This document shows positions 10,355-22,117 of a stretch of 64,000 nt of DNA, in pieces. Source of the stretch: Bdellovibrionales bacterium (lineage in GTDB: Bacteria > Bdellovibrionota > Bdellovibrionia > Bdellovibrionales > UBA1609). A program made the translations under genes and the position numbers. The stretch spans positions 160,001 to 224,000 of the forward strand of contig CBDHDF010000006.1 in assembly GCA_965261545.1 (NCBI GenBank), given 5' to 3'. Under the pieces are notes generated by a model, which did not search any database, was not told the origin of the DNA, and saw nothing but the letters and a program-made list of their open reading frames with translations. Numbering within the stretch: the stretch's first letter is position 1; the number at the start of each line of letters is the position of its first letter.

Positions 10355-11872
10355 TTATTGGGGAATCTTCTTTTTTGTAAGGGGCTGGGATTCACCTACC
10401 AAAGCTTTGGGAAAAACATCATGCCCATGACCATCTTCAAAGCGAAGCAGACTGGCCACTCTGTGGGAAGTTTTTTCCCCAGGCTGAATCCACACATAGG
10501 TTTTTTGATCGATAGGTTTTTTGCACTCCACATCTTCAAAAGCTGGAGACCAAGTGCCAGAATTGAGGTGCTCCACAGGGCCTATCATTTCATGTCGTAC
10601 CGTATGGGTGTGACCATAAACAATACGATTTACATTTGTAATGGACCTTTGCACACTCAGTATATCTTCACGTGGCTCTTTGTAGTCCATAATATTTGAT
10701 CCCAGAATATTACCCATAATATTGGAGTAAAAAATAAAAAAGGGCAAGAATACTATTAAAGGAACCAGTAGCCAAAACAATGATATAGCATAGGCACTTT
10801 TTAAAAAAAGAAAGAATTGAATGCTCACAGCAATGATAATTAATATTAAAAAGGCACGATCGAGCCATAGTTCCTTTAGTAACAAAAAAGGCTTGCTGGA
10901 AGCCGGGGCCACAAACAACTGTAAGAGTTCTCTGACCATTCTTGGAGTTGCATTGGATTTCTTTGCAATATACTCCACTCGATCTTCAACACTGAGGGGG
11001 TCACGAATGGGAGGCGCCAAGCGATTGATGAAAGCAACCCAAAGAGTGATGGTGGCACTCCAAAACCAAGTCCACATCAATAGAGGTTGAGCCAAAACCA
11101 CATAGCGAAAAAAGAACCTTGCGTACTCTCCTGCCGTCATAATAAAATTGGTATCAACGTGGGGATTAAAAAATCCCATACCATTGACCATATATCTTGT
11201 GGCAAGGTTTCCAAATGGAATTTTTACTTCCACCTTATTAAACCGTCGAACAAAAGGGTGAATGGGGTCAATGGCCACACAGTAAGGGTCGTATTGATTT
11301 CCATGTTCAATCAATGTATCTTCATTACTTATATAAAACCACTCTGTGAATCGTAAGTTGCCTTGAAGTTCACTTGGCAAATCCAACTGTGAACAGATAG
11401 CCTCTTGGACTTCAGAGTAATGAAGTTCTAAGTCATGATTTCCAGTAATAAAGATCGCCTTATGGTTTTGACAAATAAACCATCGTAGAGCTTGAATCCA
11501 TTCCTTGTGGTCATTCAATATTTTTTCAATTTTGTACAATGATTTTGAGCTTTCAGGATTGAGGCCACGAGCTTTTTCAAGCCAGGAGATTCTATAAGAG
11601 GCATGCTTAGGGATACTGGTCACACTATCAAAATCAAAAATATCTCCATTGAGAACAAGTTCTACGGGATGACCATCTGCTTTCTTATGAGCCATATGTA
11701 AGAAGTCATTGAATTGGTCATCGAAGAAGAATTGCTTTGTCTTGTATTTCTTCCAGAGGGGAAACTTGGCATTGACAGGTTCTTCCTCACAAAGGTGCAG
11801 ATCGCTAACAACCACTGTGTAATCAGATTTTTTAAAATCCTTGATTTCACTTTGGATATTTTGCAAGTACAT
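10355..11872 (-). CDS. Calcineurin-like metallophosphoesterase with transmembrane helices
   Basis: SDLH, NGDIFD, GNHD, EHG and GHTH motifs; hydrophobic segments. Confidence 0.85.
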   Translation of the reverse strand: MYLQNIQSEIKDFKKSDYTVVVSDLHLCEEEPVNAKFPLWKKYKTKQFFFDDQFNDFLHMAHKKADGHPVELVLNGDIFDFDSVTSIPKHASYRISWLEKARGLNPESSKSLYKIEKILNDHKEWIQALRWFICQNHKAIFITGNHDLELHYSEVQEAICSQLDLPSELQGNLRFTEWFYISNEDTLIEHGNQYDPYCVAIDPIHPFVRRFNKVEVKIPFGNLATRYMVNGMGFFNPHVDTNFIMTAGEYARFFFRYVVLAQPLLMWTWFWSATITLWVAFINRLAPPIRDPLSVEDRVEYIAKKSNATPRMVRELLQLFVAPASSKPFLLLKELWLDRAFLILIIIAVSIQFFLFLKSAYAISLFWLLVPLIVFLPFFIFYSNIMGNILGSNIMDYKEPREDILSVQRSITNVNRIVYGHTHTVRHEMIGPVEHLNSGTWSPAFEDVECKKPIDQKTYVWIQPGEKTSHRVASLLRFEDGHGHDVFPKALVGESQPLTKKKIPQ

Positions 11873-11946
11873 ACCTCAGCTCCATACTTTACGCTTCACG
11901 CCAACTCACATTCGACTTTTCACGCTCACACCACTCACTTCACACT

Positions 11947-12363
11947 CTACTCTTTTTGAGCTTCAAACTTCAAATAACGACCATCTTTGTTGTCAACTTT
12001 GAGGGAGGCCGATTTTACCGTTCTTAATAGCTGTTTTTGAAAAGGTTTATCCAAGGGCCTAGACCTATCAGAGAATCTATCAGGGCGTCTATCCAAGGAA
12101 CTAAAGGACCTATCACTAGGAGCAGGAGATTCTATTTGACCATTGAGTGTCTTTTCAACGCTTTGGGAGATACTGGCCCAGATATCTCTGATAAAGGTAG
12201 CACCTCCAGCAACAACTCTATGTAGAGGGCGAGTTATAGAGGAGGTTTCAATCCACGTCATAGCACGGTCTTCTATGGTTCGCCCTCCCACTCTCACTTG
12301 CAGTAAGATGACAAGAAAAATAGTGAGTAAAAAACTTTTCATAATAAAGAAAATATCTCCCAT
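11947..12363 (-). CDS. Hypothetical membrane-anchored protein
   Basis: N-terminal TM helix; tightly packed behind the response regulator. Confidence 0.65.
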   Translation of the reverse strand: MGDIFFIMKSFLLTIFLVILLQVRVGGRTIEDRAMTWIETSSITRPLHRVVAGGATFIRDIWASISQSVEKTLNGQIESPAPSDRSFSSLDRRPDRFSDRSRPLDKPFQKQLLRTVKSASLKVDNKDGRYLKFEAQKE

Positions 12364-12366
12364 AGC

Positions 12367-12732
12367 TCACGCTCCTACGACTTGGTAAACATGATTGAGT
12401 AAGTCTTCTCTTGTAAATGGCTTTAATATATACGAACAACACCCTGCGTCCTTAGCTTTGGTACGAATCCATGGTTCATCCAATGTGGAGCAGGCAATAA
12501 CCTTTATGCTTGGGTACTCTCTGCCGATGGCAAAGGCTGCATCCACTCCATTCATATGTGGTAACACCATGTCCATAAGCACCACGTGGGGCTGGGTGTG
12601 TTTGACAACCTCAATGGCTTCCTCTCCCTCAGTGGCTTCTCCCACAACTTCCATCTGAGCGCGTTCTAAAAGAATCCTCATAATTTCCCTAATAAATGGT
12701 GCGTCATCTACAATTACTAATTTAATTGCCAT
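12367..12732 (-). CDS. Single-domain response regulator (CheY-like)
   Basis: IVDD, MDMVLP and KPF receiver motifs. Confidence 0.92.
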   Translation of the reverse strand: MAIKLVIVDDAPFIREIMRILLERAQMEVVGEATEGEEAIEVVKHTQPHVVLMDMVLPHMNGVDAAFAIGREYPSIKVIACSTLDEPWIRTKAKDAGCCSYILKPFTREDLLNHVYQVVGA

Positions 12733-12778
12733 ATTAGATATTATACTGTGTTTCTAATTATACCTAAAGCCATTGTGA

Positions 12779-13435
12779 GTGACCGTGGAACCAACAGGAC
12801 TTTCTTCTAAGATTTTTATATGCTTAGGCTCTAAAGCGAGCTTAATTTCTTGTCTGTCTGGATTTTCAGGTCTTGCTGCCTATGGTGTCATTTTAGGGGT
12901 TCTGTTTTTATGTGGCTTCGGCATCCCCATACCTGAGGATATCATTCTCATTGCGGCGGGCATTTTAGCCGCTTTGGGCAAAATTTCTCTTATAGGAGCT
13001 ATGCTAGCTGGACTTTTTGGTGTCCTTGTTGGAGATACTTTCTGTTTTTGTCTTGGTCGTTATATGGGGCAGGATGTTTTTAAGCTTCCTCTTTTAAAAA
13101 AACTGATGCCTGCCCATAGAGTCAAAAAAGCTGAAAAAAAAATTCAAGAAAACTCTAAGTTTATTTGTTTTATAGCTCGCTTTCTCCCAGGACTTCGTTC
13201 CCCCATTTTTATCACTTCTGGTGTGATGGGAGTGAAACCCCTTATTTTTATTGCTCTCGATGGAGCCGCAGCCCTTATCAGTGTTCCCCTGTGGGTTTAT
13301 GTGGGTTGGTGGATTGGAGAGGAGTGGGATCAAAACCTAAAGCTCGTCAAGAGAATGCATATTTATTTGTTCATAGCTATTGCCATTATTTTTGTTGGTT
13401 ATTTCATCATAAGAAGATATCAAAGAAAATTTTAA
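12779..13435 (+). CDS. DedA family membrane protein
   Basis: GIPIPED, G..GD...F..GR and ARFLPGLR motifs. Confidence 0.9.
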   Translation: MTVEPTGLSSKIFICLGSKASLISCLSGFSGLAAYGVILGVLFLCGFGIPIPEDIILIAAGILAALGKISLIGAMLAGLFGVLVGDTFCFCLGRYMGQDVFKLPLLKKLMPAHRVKKAEKKIQENSKFICFIARFLPGLRSPIFITSGVMGVKPLIFIALDGAAALISVPLWVYVGWWIGEEWDQNLKLVKRMHIYLFIAIAIIFVGYFIIRRYQRKF

Positions 13436-13448
13436 TCTGAAGGTTATT

Positions 13449-15361
13449 CCCGAGTTTGACAGCAGCATCTGCGTCAAACGAATGATATTAAAGGATTAAC
13501 GCATATAGTTGTATTTTGTTTATCCACACTTGTGGGCATTAAGGATTCTGGGAGGGATGGGGACGCCTGCGGCTTTAAATAAGGAGTTGGCATTGCCAGT
13601 GATATCTGTGCGGGTCCAAATGACTTGATCACGAATTTTAACAGGGATAGCCCTAACTTCCTTGAGTTCCCTCATGGCCTCTACAACAGTTAAAGGTCGC
13701 TCTTTAACATGACCAATGCCTATGGCTGGGCTTTTTAGGTTCATCTTCTTATCTCTTAAACATTTTGTAAGGTGGGCCTCACAAAGATAAGTTAAAAAGC
13801 ATAGAGTTAAATGTCCAATAATCCTCTGGTCTGTCCAATGGAAAACAGGACGTGTTTTCAAAGTCCCTTTTAACTCACCAAAAGCATCTTCAATTTTCCA
13901 CAATTCTTTGTAGTTGATAATAATCTCATCTGCCGTCAAGTCTTTGACATTTGTAAGGACGGCAAAAAAACCATCAATTTTTTCATCTAATTCTATTTGT
14001 TCTGCATTTAATTCATGTTTTTTATTTTTGTCGTCAGCCATCTTTACATATTTCTTATAACCTTTATTGGAAACAAAAGTACTAGACTGAACACCTTTAG
14101 AAGATAGTTTTCCTTCGATCTTTTCAAGAAGGGATTCTCTAGATTTTTTATCTCTCTCTGCTCTTTTCCTAGACCAAGTCACAATACATCTATGCCCCCC
14201 ATGGTCTGTTTCGTAAACAGCAAGCTCATTCTCATATACCCAGCTAAAACGATTTAAATCATAGACCTCTTGTTTCTTTTCTTTTTTTAAAGATCCAAGC
14301 TTCATACCAACAATAAACTCGCTTTGATCCTCACTGAGTTTGTCAGTATTAGCCTTTGATAAAAGCCCCCTATCAGCCACAAAAATGAAACGGCGTACAT
14401 TAAACTTTTTTCTCATTTTATCAACAATATCTGAAAGCGTCTTGCCTTCAAAAGTATTACCAGGGAAAACCTCAAAACCTAAAGGGATGCCATCCCGATT
14501 CACCAACAAACCAAAGACAACTTGGGTGCAGTCTGATCGTCTCTCTTTACTATAGCCAAATTGACGAAGTTTCCCTAAGTCTGTTCTTGTACTCTCGAAG
14601 CGTAAGGTTGTTAAATCATACAACACAATGTCTACTTGGAAATTAAATAAATCTCGCCCCACCCAATAAAGCGAGTTCTCTATTTCATCCTTATGGGAGG
14701 CAAGTAAGTCCATAGACCGATAAATATGCTGGAGACTCAAATCACCCTTAATCATGTCTGGGTAAAAAGATTTTTGCCAATACTCAAAAACCTTTAACTT
14801 GGAACTAGGAGCAATAAATCGGGTGGCAACTAAGGTAAAAATCACCTTACATAAATCAAATTGAACTTTCTCATGAGAATCTTTTATGTCTTTGAGGGTC
14901 TTATTGATACCCAGTTGATCAAACAACTTTTGTAAAATCAGCAAGGGACCCAAAATGAAAGTCTCTTCGATGTAAAGCTCCTTAGCCAATTGACTCACAG
15001 TGAGAAGCTCTCGGTGGCGGGATACGGCCTGCGCCAAACTATTAATCTTATCCTCTCCTCCTTCTCCAGCCTTACCTAAGGACATGAGCATGCGTTTTTT
15101 GGATTTGCCTTTTTCTCTGTAGGACTCCACAAGGTGGTAGTAGCACTGACCTTTTGAGTTTTTAGTCGTTTGGATGTACATGAGGATATTTTCTACATAT
15201 TTCTATGATATATCAATATTTAAAACGATAAAATCCTATTTTGTTTTCTACACTTTTTTTACGTCAATTTTAATTTTTCCAGCAGCTACCATTATATTTC
15301 AGTACAACCCCAATTTCTGGAAATTTCGCATTTTAACGCAGATGCTGCTGTCAAACTCGGG
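13449..15361 (-). mobile_element. IS1634-family element copy 2 (1913 bp), 8-bp target duplication AGGTTATT
   Basis: Same IRs as copy 1; AGGTTATT at 13441-13448 and 15362-15369. Confidence 0.95.
13520..15181 (-). CDS. IS1634-family transposase (553 aa)
   Basis: Matches copy 1 except KKHE for KKPE. Confidence 0.93.
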   Translation of the reverse strand: MYIQTTKNSKGQCYYHLVESYREKGKSKKRMLMSLGKAGEGGEDKINSLAQAVSRHRELLTVSQLAKELYIEETFILGPLLILQKLFDQLGINKTLKDIKDSHEKVQFDLCKVIFTLVATRFIAPSSKLKVFEYWQKSFYPDMIKGDLSLQHIYRSMDLLASHKDEIENSLYWVGRDLFNFQVDIVLYDLTTLRFESTRTDLGKLRQFGYSKERRSDCTQVVFGLLVNRDGIPLGFEVFPGNTFEGKTLSDIVDKMRKKFNVRRFIFVADRGLLSKANTDKLSEDQSEFIVGMKLGSLKKEKKQEVYDLNRFSWVYENELAVYETDHGGHRCIVTWSRKRAERDKKSRESLLEKIEGKLSSKGVQSSTFVSNKGYKKYVKMADDKNKKHELNAEQIELDEKIDGFFAVLTNVKDLTADEIIINYKELWKIEDAFGELKGTLKTRPVFHWTDQRIIGHLTLCFLTYLCEAHLTKCLRDKKMNLKSPAIGIGHVKERPLTVVEAMRELKEVRAIPVKIRDQVIWTRTDITGNANSLFKAAGVPIPPRILNAHKCG

Positions 15362-15473
15362 AGGTTATTTTTCTCGTCATCGGAATTATTAAATCAAGCT
15401 TAAGAAAGTTCTCAACCTATAGATGATAGATAGTCAAGATCAGTGGGATGGATAAATTTGGGGTAAATTATTG

Positions 15474-15502
15474 AAAAAAGCCTCGACTTTCGCCGAGGCT
15501 TT
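15474..15502 (-). terminator. Rho-independent terminator of groESL
   Basis: Minus strand GCCTCGGC-GAAA-GTCGAGGC followed by TTTTTT. Confidence 0.85.
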
Positions 15503-15568
15503 GTATGTCTCACCTGAGTGGGATATTTTATTTGATCGGAGATGGATGATCCGATCTCTGGGAGGAAA

Positions 15569-17236
<1,668 letters not shown>

Positions 17237-17278
17237 TTAAGTTATTACTTAGAACCTAAGAGCCCAGCTCATAGGATA

Positions 17279-17581
17279 TTAGTTTAAGACTCCTAAAACG
17301 TCTTCTTCACGCATCATTAAAAATTCGTCACTTCCCAGTTTAAGTTCAGTGCCGGAGTATTTACCAAAGAGAATCTTATCACCAACTCGAACCTCTAGGG
17401 CTAAAGTCTTGCCATCTTCGGTCATGCGGCCATTTCCTGTAGCCACCACTTCCCCGCGTTGGGGCTTTTCTTTTGCGGAATCAGGTATGATAATACCTCC
17501 CGTTGTTTTGTCGTCTTCTAACATACGTCGGACGAGAATTCTGTCGTGCAAGGGGCGCACTTTTACTTCTATATTTGCCAT
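17279..17581 (-). CDS. groS: Co-chaperonin GroES
   Basis: RPLHDRILV, GGIIIPDSAKEKP. Confidence 0.98.
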   Translation of the reverse strand: MANIEVKVRPLHDRILVRRMLEDDKTTGGIIIPDSAKEKPQRGEVVATGNGRMTEDGKTLALEVRVGDKILFGKYSGTELKLGSDEFLMMREEDVLGVLN

Positions 17582-17730
17582 TGAAAACCTCCTATATACA
17601 GGTTAATGGTTATGGGTTTACTGGTTACTTTGGTTATTGTTTTAGTTACTTATGCTATTTGTTTGCGCTTGATGAATAAGCGCATGTATGTGGCACCTTC
17701 AAAATAATGATCTGGAGCTTCAACGCCCTC

Positions 17731-17759
17731 AATATGTAAGGGAATTTTCTCTTGTCAAG
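17731..17759 (-). promoter_or_regulatory. Candidate groESL promoter
   Basis: (C)TTGACA, 16 bp spacer, CATATT on the minus strand; fits sigma70 or RpoH-like recognition. Confidence 0.45.
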
Positions 17760-18009
17760 CAAGAGGCTAAAAAATAAATCATTGCACCCATGGATAATGC
17801 TTATAGATATTGACTCGACGCAACACACCATCTTTGGTTAAGAAAATAGACACCATCATGACAGGTGACTAAGTTTTAATCAAATACGAGGCCAGATGAA
17901 TGGAGAAGAGAATCTAAAATACCAGCGATATCAATAGATTAGATTATTTTCTTTTCTTACCCTGTTGGTACGATACTTGGATAGTAACAGATATGAGAGA
18001 GGGGGAAAC

Positions 18010-19272
18010 ATGTCCAGGAATTTTAAGTATCACTATAGAACTATATATAAGAGTTTACATAGGAATCTACATAGGAATTTTAAGCTTCTATGCCAAAAAA
18101 TCCTATGTCAAAAAGCAAGCTTCGCTGAATTTCGCTTCAAACATTGGATTATACCCTTAATGGGTGTTACCCTTTATGCTGCATGCTCAGATGTGAAATT
18201 TGACCATAAACCCAGTGAAACCTGCAATGAGTTCAATGGAGCTTTTGGGGAAGGAACTTGCACGGTCAATCCTCAGGGAGTTAATGAGTATAACTACTCC
18301 ATAAGAGTGGGGCCTGTGGGTATCATTGTTGTCATTGACCCCTCCGAGTCCATGGTGCCAGAGCAGGAAAAAATGGTGTCGAATTTCCATAACCTTGTCA
18401 ATAATATTTCACATTTAGACTGGAGAATGTCTGTGACAACCACAGATGTAGCCAATGAGCGTGGGAAATTCCTGCAATTTCCCAATGGAAAAGACATGAT
18501 CTCTGTGAATACATCCCATGCCAAAGAAGAATTTCGAGGTATGATTAAACAAATTCAAGATATTCAAGAAGCCAGAAGAAGCGCTTGTCGTAAGTCTTCA
18601 AATTATAAGAAGTGTCCATCGGGTGACGAAAGAGCTATTTACGCCGTCAATCTTGGCCTTGATCGTGGGCACGCAGAGCTTTTTGGCCATGGTCACTTGG
18701 CGATCATTATTCTCTCCGATGAAAACGAGAGGTCCAATGGAGGGAAATATGCAGGGGATCCCCTTGAGGAGTATGACCTTCCAGAGACACTTGTAAGCAA
18801 AGTTAAGCACCAGTTGGGGCCTCGACAAACCATAAGTGTGCACCCCATTGTGATTCGCAGCCTTAGAAAAAATGCAGATGGAAAAGTCGTTTCTCGACCC
18901 GATGTGAGTTGCTTTAATAAGCAAAATAAGCAAGAGGTCAGCCATTACGGCACGATGTATGAAGAGCTTGCTTTCCCCGACAACGAGCTAAAAGCCTTAG
19001 GGGGCATTGTCGAGGGGCATACGGGATCCATCTGTGCTGCGGACTACGGTGCTGAGTTGGGAGCGATGGCTTCAAAAATTGTGACCAATTCACAAATTGA
19101 GAAATTGCCTTGTAACCCTGAGAATCCTGAAGACCTTCAAGTGACTTTTTCACCAGAACCAGAATCTCCTGTGGAACTCACCATTGATGAGAATAACTTC
19201 TTGAGAATGACTCCCGCTGTTTCTGCGGGGACCATCGTATCGGTGAAGGTGAGATGCTCTATCACTCAATAG
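18010..19272 (+). CDS. Putative lipoprotein with vWA/MIDAS-like domain
   Basis: Lipobox-like LYAAC; VVIDPSESM (DxSxS) and IIILSDENE; Cys-rich. Start codon uncertain. Confidence 0.65.
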   Translation: MSRNFKYHYRTIYKSLHRNLHRNFKLLCQKILCQKASFAEFRFKHWIIPLMGVTLYAACSDVKFDHKPSETCNEFNGAFGEGTCTVNPQGVNEYNYSIRVGPVGIIVVIDPSESMVPEQEKMVSNFHNLVNNISHLDWRMSVTTTDVANERGKFLQFPNGKDMISVNTSHAKEEFRGMIKQIQDIQEARRSACRKSSNYKKCPSGDERAIYAVNLGLDRGHAELFGHGHLAIIILSDENERSNGGKYAGDPLEEYDLPETLVSKVKHQLGPRQTISVHPIVIRSLRKNADGKVVSRPDVSCFNKQNKQEVSHYGTMYEELAFPDNELKALGGIVEGHTGSICAADYGAELGAMASKIVTNSQIEKLPCNPENPEDLQVTFSPEPESPVELTIDENNFLRMTPAVSAGTIVSVKVRCSITQ

Positions 19273-19302
19273 AGGGTATGTCAGATATTCGTCACTTCGT
19301 CA

Positions 19303-20001
19303 TTACAACTGCCTCGGTGTGTGAGCAATGGTCCAAACAGAGAAGGAGGGTGGGAGTCCAAGCCTCTCATAGGCGGCTAAGGCTGTTGAACCTGTTGTGA
19401 CCACATCATCCACAAAAATATAGTCCGAGGTTCGAGGGGGAGGTGGGAGGTATCGACTCAGTTGAATTCCCTTTCTTTCCTTTTGGTTGAGTCGTTTTTG
19501 AGAATCTGTGGATTTACGATATAGTCCATTCCAATACGGACTTCCTCCCCATATGGCCGACAAAGATTGGGCCATCTTGGTGGCATGATCCTCCGTAAGC
19601 GTAGCTTTAGGTGGAGCAGGAATAAAAACGGGTTTTTTGCGGGTTTTGAGCCCCATGGTTCTCCATATGAGAAAAGAAAGGTCATTGAAAACAGAGGTAT
19701 ATTTTCCTCCTTTAATTTTGCAAATGAGGTGGTAAACCCTCTCTTGCTCCATACTGCCCAGTGAGTAGGTTTTAAGGGGCAGTCCCTTGACTTCCCTCCA
19801 TTCTAGTAAACCCATCAATTTATGGAGACACACTCTACAGTAGAGGTCGTGGGAGATCATCAGTGCCCTTCCACACCAGGAACAGGCCCGAAGGTGTCTC
19901 AAGGGATTCATAGAATTCATAGGACTCAAAGCATTTATAGGATAGGCCATAACATAGGAGATAAGCATTTTTCGTGCCAACTTTCCCACGGCCACCTCCA
20001 C
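19303..20001 (-). CDS. comF: ComF-family phosphoribosyltransferase
   Basis: CxxC...CxxC zinc ribbon plus FVDDVVTTGST PRPP loop. Start codon uncertain. Confidence 0.8.
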   Translation of the reverse strand: MEVAVGKLARKMLISYVMAYPINALSPMNSMNPLRHLRACSWCGRALMISHDLYCRVCLHKLMGLLEWREVKGLPLKTYSLGSMEQERVYHLICKIKGGKYTSVFNDLSFLIWRTMGLKTRKKPVFIPAPPKATLTEDHATKMAQSLSAIWGGSPYWNGLYRKSTDSQKRLNQKERKGIQLSRYLPPPPRTSDYIFVDDVVTTGSTALAAYERLGLPPSFSVWTIAHTPRQL

Positions 20002-20038
20002 CCCATTTCATTCGCCTCCACGGACACTTCATTTGAAA

Positions 20039-21133
20039 CTAGGGTGAGACTTGAAGCTTTTCATGGAGGCTTCGAGCGGCAGCGAGGTGTCCTATGATGC
20101 CATTTCTTTTTTGAGAGAGGACAGATGAGGGCAAGAAATTTTTCAACCGAGTGGTTTGGAGGTTCAATGCTATGTAACCATGACTGTCGGGCTCAACAAT
20201 AATTTTTTCTTCCAAGGTCCCTTCAAACCACTTGGGAAAGGGTTTTTTGAGTTGTCTTTTCATATACCTTAGCTGTGAGCCTAGGGACTCAGGATTTTCA
20301 GCAATCTCATCGGGAATCAAACTTTGCCAAACGGAGAGGTGAGAGTGGGGCCCCAAAAAAAATCGGCCCACAAAAGGCTCATGTTCTTTGCCTCCGGAAA
20401 AAAAGTAAAGTTTATGATGGAGTTCTTCCTGATGCATCTCTTTGTGTTTGAAAGTCAGAAGAAGACTTGTCATGGTGGTGGCTTTGGTGATCTTTTGGTG
20501 CCAAGATGGAGATATGAGGTCCCTAGGGAGCAGATTGGGAAGAGCCTTGGGGGAGTCGCAATAGAGATAGGTGGAGGCATGTAGTTTCTGATTGCCATTT
20601 ATAACAATAGCCGTGACAGATTCTCCTGCTCTGTTGCACTCAATACCGGTCAACTCCGCCTGATGAAAATGAGTTCCTGTAAAGTTCTCCACCATTTTTT
20701 GCTTCCACCACTTCATGGGCTGAATTAGATTAAGGGCTGAAGGAACACGGAGTTGACTTAAATAATCCACCGAAGAGGACTTTGTTTCGCCAAATCCTGT
20801 AAAGGGAAGCCATTGGCCCCTCTCCCAAATGGAAAATTGAGGATGGACAACAGAGTCCTCAAAGGTTTTTTCGTTGATAAGCTTTGAGAGCCATTGAAGA
20901 GATTCCCTTGTGGTCTTTTCGTCGGGATAAAATTCTATTTCTTGTGGCCAATGGGCAGAAGACTCTGAAGCCTCTACCTTGGCTGAACTCCAGAGATTGG
21001 GTGAACTTACAATCGCCACCTTGTGAGATTCTTTTGAAAGGACCATGCTCAGAGACCAGCCAGCCCAGTTGTCGCCTATAATAATAAAATCAAAGAATTC
21101 CTCATTTTCTTTTTTCTTTTTTGCTGTTGCCAT
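20039..21133 (-). CDS. Hypothetical protein with degenerate FAD/NAD-binding N-terminus
   Basis: FDFIIIGDNWAGW resembles a degenerate Rossmann motif. Confidence 0.6.
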   Translation of the reverse strand: MATAKKKKENEEFFDFIIIGDNWAGWSLSMVLSKESHKVAIVSSPNLWSSAKVEASESSAHWPQEIEFYPDEKTTRESLQWLSKLINEKTFEDSVVHPQFSIWERGQWLPFTGFGETKSSSVDYLSQLRVPSALNLIQPMKWWKQKMVENFTGTHFHQAELTGIECNRAGESVTAIVINGNQKLHASTYLYCDSPKALPNLLPRDLISPSWHQKITKATTMTSLLLTFKHKEMHQEELHHKLYFFSGGKEHEPFVGRFFLGPHSHLSVWQSLIPDEIAENPESLGSQLRYMKRQLKKPFPKWFEGTLEEKIIVEPDSHGYIALNLQTTRLKNFLPSSVLSQKRNGIIGHLAAARSLHEKLQVSP

Positions 21134-21325
21134 AGCAAGTACCATTCCAGACAGGGGACAAAATTTCAAACTCTTTTATAGAGTGAGTCGTATTGCCTCA
21201 TAAATAAGCGACCCAAAACGCATCGCAATAATTTGCAAGTTATCACTATAAAATCGAGTGAAGGTTTCACACTCACTTTCTTGGCGCCCCAAAACGGCCA
21301 TTTATGGCGATTTGGCAAGGAGGTC

Positions 21326-22105
21326 TCACCCAAAACGCCCATGGATATAGTCTGCTGTTTTTTGTTGAGAGGGATGCTCAAAAAGCTTTTTTGTCAAACC
21401 TACTTCCACAAGGTGGCCAGCGTAAAAAAAAGCCGTTTCTTGGGAAACGCGGAGAGCTTGCTGCATATTATGTGTAACAATAATCACCGTGTAGTTTTTG
21501 CCTAATTGATGTATTAGCTCCTCCACTTTGTCCATAGACATGGGATCAAGGGCCGAACAAGGCTCATCCATAAGAATGATATCTGGATTCATAGCGAGAC
21601 TCCTTGCAATACACAGCCTCTGCTGCTGCCCTCCCGATAAAGTCAACGCCGATTCATGAAGGCGATTTTTTACTTGATCCCAAAGCCCTGCCATCCTCAG
21701 ATTTTGTTCCACAAATTCATCATAATTGCACTTGAAGCCATTCACCCTAGGTCCCCAAATTATATTCTTATAAATCGACTTGGGAAAAGGATTCGGTTTT
21801 TGAAAAACCATACCTATACGACGCCGAAGGTTCACAACGTCTGCCTTGGGATCAATAATATTCTCGCCATGAAAGGTAATTTCCCCCTGCACTTTTGTGT
21901 GAGACAAAAGGTCGTACATGCGATTCATACACCGTAACATAGTGCTCTTACCACATCCGCTGGGGCCAATGACCGCCGTGACACCACCTTTTTTAATCTT
22001 CATATTAACATCAAATAGGGCCTGCCTCCCCCCATAAAAGAAAGACAGATTCTTCGTCTCTATGGCATAGTCTTCTCCATAATCCATAGCCTCTCCCGGT
22101 CCCAT
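21326..22105 (-). CDS. pstB: Phosphate ABC transporter ATPase
   Basis: GPSGCGKST, GMVFQKPNPFP, LSGGQQQRLCIAR, VTHNMQQA, YIHGRFG. Confidence 0.93.
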   Translation of the reverse strand: MGPGEAMDYGEDYAIETKNLSFFYGGRQALFDVNMKIKKGGVTAVIGPSGCGKSTMLRCMNRMYDLLSHTKVQGEITFHGENIIDPKADVVNLRRRIGMVFQKPNPFPKSIYKNIIWGPRVNGFKCNYDEFVEQNLRMAGLWDQVKNRLHESALTLSGGQQQRLCIARSLAMNPDIILMDEPCSALDPMSMDKVEELIHQLGKNYTVIIVTHNMQQALRVSQETAFFYAGHLVEVGLTKKLFEHPSQQKTADYIHGRFG

Positions 22106-22117
22106 TGTTATATGTCC

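Noticed and set aside
17582..17800. CIRCE element upstream of groESL
   Set aside because: No TTAGCACTC-N9-GAGTGCTAA was found. The half-site noticed at 60610-60618 lies inside a CDS.
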